Assembly: GCA_964423405.1 (NCBI GenBank)
Contig: CAYREY010000001.1
Coordinates: 86,175-150,174 of the forward strand
DNA: 64,000 nucleotides
Source: an uncultured Chitinophaga sp.
GTDB taxonomy: Bacteria; Bacteroidota; Bacteroidia; Chitinophagales; LD1
Direction of reading: 5' to 3'
Shown here: piece after piece, positions 26,990-35,794 of the stretch
Layout of the letters: every line of letters begins with the position of its first letter
How positions within the stretch are numbered: position 1 is the stretch's first letter
Made by a program: the position numbers and the translations under genes
The notes under the pieces: model-generated
What the model was told of the DNA's origin: nothing
Database searches by the model: none
What the model saw: only the letters and a program-made list of their open reading frames with translations

Positions 26990-27634
26990 ATGGCTTTAGG
27001 AAAAATTTTTTCATTCCTGGTTCCAAAAGACAAAAATTTCTTTCAACTGTTTACCCAATCATCGGGTAACCTGGTAGAAATTTCAAAAGTATTTTCAGAG
27101 ATGGCCAACGCACCAGCCAGCAGACGACATGAGTTGCAGAAAAAGATATCGGACCTGGAACATGTAGGAGATGAAATAACCCACCAGATTTTTACAGAAC
27201 TAAGCACCAATTTTATAACCCCGTTCGACCGTGAAGATATATCGTACCTGGCATCATCGCTGGATGATATTGTTGACTATATACACGGATCGGCCAAAAG
27301 GCTGGATACCTATAAGATAGATGAGATATCGCCAGCCATGAAAAAGCTTTGCGAAATAATAGAGCACAGCGCTAAAGAAATACATGTAGCCGTAAGCAAC
27401 ATGAAAGACATGAACAACGCGGTGCGCATACGCGAAGCTATTGTACGCATTAACAGCCTGGAGAACCATGCCGATGATGTGTTTGATACAGCTATTGCCG
27501 AGCTATTTGAAAACGAAAAAGACGCTATCAAAATTATTAAGCTGAAAGAAATTCTTTCGAACATGGAAACTGCTACAGATAAATGTGAAGACGTAGCGAA
27601 TGTGATTGAAACTATAATTGTGAAGAACTCATAA
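26990..27634 (+). CDS. DUF47 family phosphate transport regulator (PhoU-like)
   Basis: LEHVGDEITH, FITPFDREDI, LENHADDVF, ATDKCEDVANVIE; adjacent to PiT. Confidence 0.95.
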   Translation: MALGKIFSFLVPKDKNFFQLFTQSSGNLVEISKVFSEMANAPASRRHELQKKISDLEHVGDEITHQIFTELSTNFITPFDREDISYLASSLDDIVDYIHGSAKRLDTYKIDEISPAMKKLCEIIEHSAKEIHVAVSNMKDMNNAVRIREAIVRINSLENHADDVFDTAIAELFENEKDAIKIIKLKEILSNMETATDKCEDVANVIETIIVKNS

Positions 27635-27700
27635 TTGCAGTTTGAATGGCCGAAGCCCAGCAACAGAGCAACGCCATTTAACCCTTAAACTAATAATAAC

Positions 27701-28747
27701 ATGTTTGAAATTTTAGCAATAATAATTGTACTGGCCCTTGTTTTTGATTTCATCAACGGCTTTCACGATTCGGCAAACTCTATTGCCACCATTGTTTCTA
27801 CCCGGGTGCTTACACCATTTCAGGCGGTAGTATGGGCCGCATTTTTTAACGTAGTAGCATACTGGATATCTGAATTTAAAGTAGCCGATACAGTGGCAAA
27901 AACTGTAAAACCCGAATCGATTACACTGGCTGTTATTATGGCCGGATTGATTGCTGCCATTTTCTGGAACCTGCTTACCTGGTATCTGGGCATACCATCC
28001 AGTTCATCGCACACACTAATGGGTGGCTTTGCCGGTGCAGCTATAGCACATGCCGGTTTTGATGTAGTAAATATGGACAAGGTAGTAAAAACACTTTCGT
28101 TTATTGTACTGGCACCGCTTATAGGACTACTACTCTCCTACTTCATATCGGTAATACTGCTCTGGGCCTGCTCTAAAACCAACCCGTATAAAATGAACGA
28201 CTGGTTTAAACGCCTGCAATTACTTTCATCGGCATTGTTTAGTATAGGCCATGGTGGCAACGATGCCCAGAAAGTAATGGGTATTATAGCAGCCACATTA
28301 ATTGTATATGTAAACAAAGCAGGAATAGATGCGAACAGCATACCCGACTGGCTGAATGTAGTACAGGTAGATGGTAAAATTAAACACATACCACACTGGA
28401 TAGTGCTTTCCTGCTACTCGGCCATAGGACTGGGCACCCTGATGGGTGGCTGGAGAATTGTAAAAACAATGGGTAGTAAAATAACCAAAATGACCCCATT
28501 TGAAGGTGTAGCAGCAGAAACTGCCGGTGCTATTACGCTGTTTGCAACCGAAAAGCTTGGCATACCTGTTTCTACCACACACACCATTACCGGTTCTATT
28601 ATTGGTGTAGGCTTAACCAAGCGTATTTCGGCGGTGCGCTGGGGTGTTACATTTAATATTATATGGGCCTGGATATTGACAATACCTGTATCGGGGTCGC
28701 TGGGTGCCGTTTTATACTACGTGCTTAAAAATTTTATTGGCGAATAA
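27701..28747 (+). CDS. pit: Inorganic phosphate transporter, PiT family
   Basis: FINGFHDSANSIAT, HGGNDAQKVMG, GIPVSTTH signature motifs. Confidence 0.95.
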   Translation: MFEILAIIIVLALVFDFINGFHDSANSIATIVSTRVLTPFQAVVWAAFFNVVAYWISEFKVADTVAKTVKPESITLAVIMAGLIAAIFWNLLTWYLGIPSSSSHTLMGGFAGAAIAHAGFDVVNMDKVVKTLSFIVLAPLIGLLLSYFISVILLWACSKTNPYKMNDWFKRLQLLSSALFSIGHGGNDAQKVMGIIAATLIVYVNKAGIDANSIPDWLNVVQVDGKIKHIPHWIVLSCYSAIGLGTLMGGWRIVKTMGSKITKMTPFEGVAAETAGAITLFATEKLGIPVSTTHTITGSIIGVGLTKRISAVRWGVTFNIIWAWILTIPVSGSLGAVLYYVLKNFIGE

Positions 28748-28760
28748 TTGCTTAACCGCT

Positions 28761-28807
28761 AAAAAACAGAAAGGGCAGCTATACTATAGCTGCCCTTTCT
28801 GTTTTTT
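28761..28807. terminator. Bidirectional intrinsic terminator
   Basis: AAAAAACAGAAAGGGCAGCTATA-c-TATAGCTGCCCTTTCTGTTTTTT. Confidence 0.92.
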
Positions 28808-29390
28808 ATAACCTGAATGTAAAACCAATATTGGCAATACTTTTTCCAAAACCAATTTCGCCGTTTACTGCTACTCGTGGCACAAAGTAATACCTTATAC
28901 CTGCCTGCACGCCACCAAATGCAATTGGTACAGCTCTTACCACATCGGGGTAGTAAGTAAATGCCACCCCGCTGCCTGCATTAATGCCGGCATATATATC
29001 CAGCTTATCGGCATGTATATTACGGCTGGCGTTATCGGCAATTAACTGATAGAAGTGAAAGTTTGCTATAAGCCCTACAGGTATATTTAACTCGCCCAGA
29101 TAATTGCGGTTAACAGGGCCGCGTCCACCAATACCAGTAGTAAAGCCCAGCCCTACATACTTGTGTACACCAAACTCGCCCTGAAAGTTAAACTGACCTG
29201 TAACCGGCCAGTAGTACAGGCGGGGAACAGGTGCATCTGTATAGTAATACCTATCTAAATGTATGTATTGCGATGGGCCAATACCCAACGACAATACATT
29301 GGTGTGCCTGCCCCAGGCCTGAGCTTGCACATACTGTGTTACACCTATTGCTATCCATAGCATCATCAGGTTACGCATTAACTTTTTCAT
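28806..29390 (-). CDS. Outer-membrane beta-barrel protein
   Basis: Signal peptide; alternating beta pattern; ends GIRYYF...NGEIGFG...IGFTFRL; start moved to ATG 29390. Confidence 0.75.
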   Translation of the reverse strand: MKKLMRNLMMLWIAIGVTQYVQAQAWGRHTNVLSLGIGPSQYIHLDRYYYTDAPVPRLYYWPVTGQFNFQGEFGVHKYVGLGFTTGIGGRGPVNRNYLGELNIPVGLIANFHFYQLIADNASRNIHADKLDIYAGINAGSGVAFTYYPDVVRAVPIAFGGVQAGIRYYFVPRVAVNGEIGFGKSIANIGFTFRL

Positions 29391-29577
29391 ACTTTGTTTT
29401 TTAAATAGTGAACAATGTTGTGATTGATTCCATACATACCAGTTCAATTTTCCTGCCACCCTGTTTTGGGGATTGGTTTCCCCATTTTATACCCAAACAA
29501 GTGGGTAAAGTGCATGGCACAGTATTAGAACTACCACAAACAGGAACAACATTGCTTAACCACTAAAATTGAAAACA

Positions 29578-29733
29578 ATGGACAATCTGCTATATGTAAT
29601 CGCTCTTATCCTTGTTATAGGCTGGGCGATAGGCTTGTTTGCCTACCATGCACCAGGCATTATTCACATGCTGCTTGTAATAGCGGTAATAGCCATACTA
29701 CTACGTGTGATAAAAGGTAAAGAGCCGGTTTAA
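29578..29733 (+). CDS. lmo0937-family (DUF5670-like) small membrane protein, absent from the ORF track
   Basis: My translation: MDNLLYVIALILVIGWAIGLFAYHAPGIIHMLLVIAVIAILLRVIKGKEPV*. Confidence 0.88.
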   Translation: MDNLLYVIALILVIGWAIGLFAYHAPGIIHMLLVIAVIAILLRVIKGKEPV

Positions 29734-29781
29734 ACAATTCTCTATCATTTACTATTAACTAACCAATTAAAACTACGTGTT

Positions 29782-29982
29782 ATGAAAAAAATAATTTTTG
29801 TAGCCATTGCAGGCTTACTATTTACAGCGGGTTTATCATCGTGCAAACAGTGCCAGGTGTGTACTAAAGATTCGAGCCCTGAAATAAGAATATGTGAACG
29901 GGATTACTCATCGGCCACAGAATATGGCTTTGCCATAGATGTGCAAGAGTCGCAGGGCTATGAGTGCAAGGGAGCAATATAG
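29782..29982 (+). CDS. Small Cys-rich lipoprotein (paralog of 56319-56519)
   Basis: Lipobox LSSC; C-x2-C-x2-C-x10-C-x23-C ending GYEC. Confidence 0.8.
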   Translation: MKKIIFVAIAGLLFTAGLSSCKQCQVCTKDSSPEIRICERDYSSATEYGFAIDVQESQGYECKGAI

Positions 29983-29998
29983 TTAGTGTGGGTGTTGC

Positions 29999-30030
29999 GG
30001 CGGGTGCACCAGGTGCACCCGCCTTTTTTT
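29999..30030 (+). terminator. Intrinsic terminator
   Basis: GGCGGGTGCACC-a-GGTGCACCCGCC followed by T7. Confidence 0.9.
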
Positions 30031-30053
30031 GTTTAACAATTAAACACTGAATT

Positions 30054-30272
30054 ATGAGAAAAGCAGGATTGATACTGATAATAATAGGTGTAGTGATTAC
30101 CCTACTGGCAGGTGCTACCTTTATAACAAAAAAGAAGGTGTTAGATATAGGTAAACTTGAAATTACAAAAGAACAAGAACACCAGCTACCATGGACACCC
30201 GTGGCAGGTATTATAGTAATAGTAGCCGGTATTGCCATATTAATAATCAATAATGGAAAGAGCAACACATAA
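30054..30272 (+). CDS. Small two-TM membrane protein (DUF3185-like)
   Basis: TM-[TKKKVLDIGKLEITKEQEH]-TM architecture. Confidence 0.7.
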   Translation: MRKAGLILIIIGVVITLLAGATFITKKKVLDIGKLEITKEQEHQLPWTPVAGIIVIVAGIAILIINNGKSNT

Positions 30273-30365
30273 TTACGGTTGTTAGAATATATGTTAATAT
30301 ATAAACAGTACAAGTCAGGCATATAAATTTATTGGCGGGTCTTGCGTTTAATAAAAAAAACACTC

Positions 30366-31085
30366 ATGCTGCTAATAATATTTACTGTATTTGCCCTGTG
30401 CTTTATTATAGAACGACTGAACCCGGGATGGAAACTCCCCAAAGTACCTACCTGGACAATTCGAGTGTTGGCTGTAAACTTTGTACAACTAAGCGTGGTG
30501 TTACTGGCCGGAGTAACCTGGGAAAAATGGAGTTCCGGCCATTCTGTTTTTAATATCTCGTCGCATATAGGGCCGGTAGCCGGCGGTATGCTGGCATATT
30601 TTATTGCTACTTTTATTTTTTACTGGTGGCACCGCTGGCGCCATACAGTAGATTTTTTGTGGACACATTTTCACCAGATACACCATAGCCCACAACGCAT
30701 TGAAGTAATTACCTCTTTTTATAAACATCCGTTGGAGATGATAGTTAACTCAATAATAGGCAGTCTGCTGGTGTATGTATCATTGGGGCTAAATGCCGAA
30801 GCAGGGGCTATATATACCTTATGCACGGCATTAGGTGAGTTTTTTTACCATACCAATATTAAAACACCGCAATGGATTGGCTATATATTTCAACGACCTG
30901 AGATGCACCGAATACACCACGAGTACAACAAGCACACTAATAACTATGGAGATATAGTATGGTGGGATATGCTATTTGGCACGTACCAAAACCCCAAAGA
31001 ATTTACTACCAGTTGTGGGTTTGACAACGAAAAAGAACAACGCCTGACAGATATGCTACAATTTAAAGATGTGCACAAAAAATAG
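30366..31085 (+). CDS. Sterol desaturase/fatty acid hydroxylase family protein
   Basis: His boxes YWWHRWRH, HQIHHS, FYHTN, HRIHH; start moved to ATG 30366. Confidence 0.9.
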   Translation: MLLIIFTVFALCFIIERLNPGWKLPKVPTWTIRVLAVNFVQLSVVLLAGVTWEKWSSGHSVFNISSHIGPVAGGMLAYFIATFIFYWWHRWRHTVDFLWTHFHQIHHSPQRIEVITSFYKHPLEMIVNSIIGSLLVYVSLGLNAEAGAIYTLCTALGEFFYHTNIKTPQWIGYIFQRPEMHRIHHEYNKHTNNYGDIVWWDMLFGTYQNPKEFTTSCGFDNEKEQRLTDMLQFKDVHKK

Positions 31086-31135
31086 CAACAAAACCTACCT
31101 GAAGATAATAATAAAGTTCGCTTACTTTACCGCGT

Positions 31136-31744
31136 ATGGTAAGGCAACGTATTAAACGCGGGTTAAGGGTATCGCGATATATAATTTATAAAGAAACGCT
31201 GGTAGATTTCAGGGAGCACTTATGGTCGTTTATAGGTGCTTTTGTGGGCATAGGTATTATAGCCTGGTTTCAGAGCCATGCGCTTAGCCGGTACGAGAAC
31301 ATTTTTCTTATAGGTTCTTTTGGAGCATCCAGTGTACTGGTATATGGTGCTATACAAAGCCCGCTGGCACAACCACGCAACCTGGTGGGTGGCCATGTTA
31401 TATCGGCACTAATAGGTGTTACAGTATATAATATATTACCGGATATACTTTGGCTTACCGCCCCGCTGGCCGTAGCCCTATCGATAGTATTAATGCAAAT
31501 TACCAAAACACTACACCCACCCGGAGGTGCCACCGCATTAATTGCAGTTATAGGTACAGAGAAAATAAAGGCATTGGGGTATGTATATGTATTATCGCCG
31601 GTGCTAAGCGGTTCATTGATACTATTAGTTACTGCAATGGTGTTTAATAATATAACCAAACACCGCCTCTACCCTACCGATAAGTATTTCACCAACTCGC
31701 TGCGGCGAATGTTCATACGCAAAACAGCTGGCGAGGCCGAATAA
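31136..31744 (+). CDS. HPP family membrane protein
   Basis: SFGASSVLVY, SPLAQPRN, HPPGGATA. Confidence 0.93.
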   Translation: MVRQRIKRGLRVSRYIIYKETLVDFREHLWSFIGAFVGIGIIAWFQSHALSRYENIFLIGSFGASSVLVYGAIQSPLAQPRNLVGGHVISALIGVTVYNILPDILWLTAPLAVALSIVLMQITKTLHPPGGATALIAVIGTEKIKALGYVYVLSPVLSGSLILLVTAMVFNNITKHRLYPTDKYFTNSLRRMFIRKTAGEAE

Positions 31745-32217
31745 GCCAACTACACAACAGGTACGTTGTTATACACTACATACACTTTAACTATTGCTTA
31801 ATATAATAAAGGATAGTGCAGGCAAAATCTGTTTATAAACGCGCTATTTCACAAGCTGAAGATTGAAAAAGGGGCAACTTCAATGGCTGCCTTTACAACC
31901 ACAATACCGGCTGTGTTTTTCTCAAAGCCAAAACCAAAACATTTTGTTGGTCAAACAGGTATTATATAACATAACACGCACTTATAACCCACGAGTATGA
32001 AAGCAAAAGTTTTACAATCCGATTTATTCCTCTACCAATTTGTTTCTAAGCTATTAGTTGCGCTGGCAGCCTACCAATATGCCATGCTGTATATATTCAA
32101 AAGATTTGCCTGATACCTTTCTGCGCCGGTGTTTTTAGATAGATCTGATGGTGGTTAATTGGTTTCTATCGTTTGTTTCCACCGGCTAATCAGGCATGTT
32201 GTTGATGTTGTTTAAAG

Positions 32218-32248
32218 AAAACGCCCTCTGCAAGCAGAAGGCGTTTTT
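32218..32248. terminator. Intrinsic terminator
   Basis: AAAACGCCCTCTGC-aa-GCAGAAGGCGTTTT (one mismatch). Confidence 0.75.
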
Positions 32249-32275
32249 CTTTTTTAAGAAATACCAACAAAAAAA

Positions 32276-32911
32276 CTATTTCAACACCAGGTTGCTGGCC
32301 TGGGCAAAACCATTCTCGAAAGACAATGCTACCACCGACTGGCCTTTTGCATCGCCAATCTGTTTATTTACTGCTAACAAATCGCTGTTGCGCTCAAGTT
32401 TTGCAGCACGCAGTTTTTTCTGTCCGTTAGTAATTTGCTTTTGGGTTTCAATAATAGCGGCAGTATGTGCTATAGCAGCGTTGTTACCTTTCATAAGGTC
32501 AGCATCCAGGTTACGGCGTTCGGCCAGTAGCACCCGTTGTTGTGCGCGTACATTACTTTTATGCGCAGCAACATGTGCCTTGTGCTGTAGCTTCAGGCTT
32601 GATTTATCTGCTTTTAAATAGTCACGTTCGCGTTTCAAATCGGCCTGTGCTTTAGATAAGCTGGTTATGGTAGCCTTTGAAACGGTACCGTTGGCACGCT
32701 CCTGTTTACGCTTTTCTTTAATAGCATCCACACGCTGTTGCTGATACTTAACACGCGAAACATCGTTAGTTATCGCATCTTTCTGATGTTTTATACTCAG
32801 GCTGTAATCTACGGATGGGGTTTGTGCCATTGTTGTATAATTAAAGCCTAGTACACCGGTAAGGGTTACGCAAGCGGTAACCAATACCTTTTTTACTGTT
32901 GCATTTTTCAT
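32276..32911 (-). CDS. Secreted basic coiled-coil protein of unknown function
   Basis: Signal peptide (MKNATVKK...TTMA-Q); helical K/R/D/Q-rich repeats; start moved to ATG 32911. Confidence 0.7.
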   Translation of the reverse strand: MKNATVKKVLVTACVTLTGVLGFNYTTMAQTPSVDYSLSIKHQKDAITNDVSRVKYQQQRVDAIKEKRKQERANGTVSKATITSLSKAQADLKRERDYLKADKSSLKLQHKAHVAAHKSNVRAQQRVLLAERRNLDADLMKGNNAAIAHTAAIIETQKQITNGQKKLRAAKLERNSDLLAVNKQIGDAKGQSVVALSFENGFAQASNLVLK

Positions 32912-33191
32912 AACTACTGATTTTAGGTTAACAATACAGTTGAGATTATTCAAACGCTGTACCGGCTTGGTTTATCAGTAAAAAACAGCCGGACTGCTTT
33001 GTTTTAACAGAATTACAACTGTGGCAATGTGTACTTTATTGCCTACCTGTGTATCATGTTCCCCTGTATTAAAAAATGCAGGTGATACTATTGACGCGGT
33101 AGGTTTGACATTACCAATTAATATACAAGCAATTGTAGCTACAGATTAACCGCGCAAAGCAAAACTGCATAGTTGTTGCAGCAAACAACCT

Positions 33192-33644
33192 ATGCAACAT
33201 ATACAGCATATTTTCCTGGCAGATGATGACTCCGATGACAGGGTATTGTTTTACGAAGCCATCAGGCTTTGCGTGCCTACTGCCCATTGCAGCATTGCCA
33301 ATAATGGAATGGAATTAATGGAGCATTTACAGGAATCGCTGAAGAGTGACCACCGATTAATTTTCCTGGATCTGAACATGCCTTTGAAAAACGGGCATGA
33401 ATGCCTGACCGAGATAAGAAACCATCCTGATTTCAATAACATTCCGGTATTTATTTACTCTACCTCCATCAATCCTGCAGATATTGACGAATCGCTGGCC
33501 AGAGGGGCTGACTTTTACATCCATAAGCCCGACTCGTTCAACTATTTGCTGGATATTGTAAAGCACATAATTTCACTTGACCGCTGGCAACACCAAAAGC
33601 CAGCGCCCGAAGATTTTGTATTAAGAGCCGTGGCCGGAGCATAA
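33192..33644 (+). CDS. Single-domain response regulator receiver
   Basis: IFLADDDSDD, IFLDLNMP (phospho-Asp), FIYSTS, YIHKP. Confidence 0.92.
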   Translation: MQHIQHIFLADDDSDDRVLFYEAIRLCVPTAHCSIANNGMELMEHLQESLKSDHRLIFLDLNMPLKNGHECLTEIRNHPDFNNIPVFIYSTSINPADIDESLARGADFYIHKPDSFNYLLDIVKHIISLDRWQHQKPAPEDFVLRAVAGA

Positions 33645-33837
33645 AAAAGAGGCTTACCTTTCCCAGATTAAGCCTCCTGTTACAAGGCCAGCAAACAGAT
33701 ACCCTGCATACCTTAACAACACAAAATGAGTGCCTGTGGTTGATTTTAAACGCTTTTTTAACGCTTGTTATTATTTAAAAAACTGTAAAAAACTGCAGGG
33801 TTTCATTTTTGTTTAGATATAATCTAAATTCGCCCCT

Positions 33838-34161
33838 GTGAGCGAAGTATTAACCGAAGAAACTATTAAGAACGGCATTATAGAGGTGCTAAAGACGGTA
33901 TTTGACCCTGAGATACCTGTAAATATTTACGACCTTGGCCTTATTTACGAGATAAACGTTTTTCCCGACCATAATGTGGAGGTGGTAATGACCCTTACCT
34001 CGCCTAACTGCCCGGTGGCCGGTACCTTGCCCGGCGATGTGGAGCAGAAGGTAAAATCGGTAAACGGGGTAAACGATGTAACCATTGAGCTGGTATTTGA
34101 ACCGGCATGGAACCAGGAAATGATGAGCGAAGAGGCTAAACTTGAACTTGGCTTTTTATAA
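33838..34161 (+). CDS. DUF59/MIP18-family Fe-S cluster assembly factor (SufT-like)
   Basis: DPEIPVNIYDLGLIY, MTLTSPNCP, FEPAWNQEMMSEEA; GTG start. Confidence 0.93.
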   Translation: MSEVLTEETIKNGIIEVLKTVFDPEIPVNIYDLGLIYEINVFPDHNVEVVMTLTSPNCPVAGTLPGDVEQKVKSVNGVNDVTIELVFEPAWNQEMMSEEAKLELGFL

Positions 34162-34238
34162 CATTAGTATTGTATTTAAACAGGTATTTGTATTTCTGTA
34201 TTCAAACCAAAATCAAAAAAATCTAAAATTAAATTCTT

Positions 34239-34655
34239 ATGTATCCAGCAGAACTAGTAGCACCTATGAAAGCCGATTTGACCTCGGTAGGTTTTCAGGA
34301 ACTGACCACACCCGCCGATGTTGATATTGCTTTAACCCAAACCCCAGGCACTGTGTTTTTGGTATTTAACTCGGTATGCGGTTGCGCAGCAGGTGCTGCC
34401 CGCCCGGCCATAAAAGAAGCAGTAACCAACAGCAGCAAACTACCCAACAAAATGGTAACCGTATTTGCCGGTGTAGATAAAGAAGCGGTGAACAAAGCAC
34501 GCGAGTACACATTGCCTTACCCTCCATCATCGCCAAGCATGGCCTTGTTTAAAGATGGTAAACTGGTACATTTTGTAGAGCGCCACCAGATAGAAGGCAA
34601 CAATGCACAAACTATCAGCGAGCACCTGAAAAAAGTGTTTGAGCATTTCTGCTAG
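34239..34655 (+). CDS. BrxA/BrxB family bacilliredoxin (YphP/YqiW)
   Basis: NSVCGCAAGAARP CGC motif, TVFAGVD, PPSSPSMALFKDG. Confidence 0.93.
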   Translation: MYPAELVAPMKADLTSVGFQELTTPADVDIALTQTPGTVFLVFNSVCGCAAGAARPAIKEAVTNSSKLPNKMVTVFAGVDKEAVNKAREYTLPYPPSSPSMALFKDGKLVHFVERHQIEGNNAQTISEHLKKVFEHFC

Positions 34656-34672
34656 TAAAACAGGCCCGCAAC

Positions 34673-34709
34673 AAAAAGCCCGCATAGTAGTTACTATGCG
34701 GGCTTTTTT
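34673..34709. terminator. Bidirectional intrinsic terminator
   Basis: AAAAAGCCCGCATAGTA-gt-TACTATGCGGGCTTTTT. Confidence 0.9.
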
Positions 34710-34725
34710 ATTTAGAGAAAGAAGG

Positions 34726-35199
34726 CTAATCGCCGTTGGCATTAATACCGCTTTCGTAGCCGGTATCTACCAGCAAATTACCGCCATCGGCGGCAGTGGT
34801 AGCAAGTACATCGCAGCGTTCGTTATAGGGGTGATCGTTATGGCCGCGCACCCATTTCATTTTTACATTGTGCTTGGGGTATATGGCTAAAAAGCGGCGC
34901 CACAAATCGGGGTTCTTCTTATCCTTAAAGCCTTTTTTCTGCCAGCCAAATACCCAGCGTTGCTCAATGGCATCTACCACATATTTCGAGTCGGAGTAAA
35001 TAACCACATCCAGTCCGGGGCGGGTAAGAGTTTCCAGAGCTACAATAACCGCAAGCAGTTCCATGCGGTTATTGGTAGTTAAGCGGTAGCCCTGCGAAAG
35101 CTCTTTTTCGGTTGGGCCATATTTAAGTATAGCACCATAACCACCACGACCGGGGTTACCACGCGCTGCACCATCGGTATATATTTCAACAACTGCCAT
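34726..35199 (-). CDS. rnhA: Ribonuclease HI
   Basis: IYTDGAARGNPG, TTNNRMEL, SDSKYV, WVRGH, NERCD; start moved to ATG 35199. Confidence 0.96.
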   Translation of the reverse strand: MAVVEIYTDGAARGNPGRGGYGAILKYGPTEKELSQGYRLTTNNRMELLAVIVALETLTRPGLDVVIYSDSKYVVDAIEQRWVFGWQKKGFKDKKNPDLWRRFLAIYPKHNVKMKWVRGHNDHPYNERCDVLATTAADGGNLLVDTGYESGINANGD

Positions 35200-35265
35200 G
35201 CGGGCGAAAGTAAATCTTTGCCGGATATAGCAAACAGGTACCGCTAATTTTACAGATATTGCGTT

Positions 35266-35688
35266 GTGAAACAACAGGAGATTTCGATAACTGATATAAG
35301 CGAACTGCCCAGCGTAGCCAGTGCTATATTACAGTTTGCCAAAGGCTGTAAGGTGTTTACATTTTATGCCGATATGGGGGCCGGTAAAACCACCCTGATA
35401 AAAGAGTTATGTAAACAACTTGGCTCGCACGATAATTTTTCGAGCCCCACCTACAGTATTGTAAACGAGTACACAGTACCTACCGGTAAAATTTATCACA
35501 TGGATTGTTACCGGCTTAAAAACGCCAATGAGGCACTGGACATTGGTATAGAAGATTACCTGAACGGCGATAACTACTGTTTTATTGAATGGCCGGAGTT
35601 GATTGAACAGTTTCTACCGGCCGATGTTATTAAAATCTCTATCCGCACCGAGGGAAATATCCGGAATGTATCTATATTTAAGGACTGA
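35266..35688 (+). CDS. tsaE: tRNA t6A biosynthesis ATPase TsaE
   Basis: DMGAGKTT P-loop, SSPTYSIVNEY, YHMDCYRL, FIEWPE. Confidence 0.95.
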   Translation: MKQQEISITDISELPSVASAILQFAKGCKVFTFYADMGAGKTTLIKELCKQLGSHDNFSSPTYSIVNEYTVPTGKIYHMDCYRLKNANEALDIGIEDYLNGDNYCFIEWPELIEQFLPADVIKISIRTEGNIRNVSIFKD

Positions 35689-35794
35689 TAATAATGCCTG
35701 TTGCTCCTTCAACGGCTTTGGTATCAGTAACATTTAACCTTGTATTGGGTATTATCAAAATACTCAATACCAACTACTCAATACTTCATAAAGT

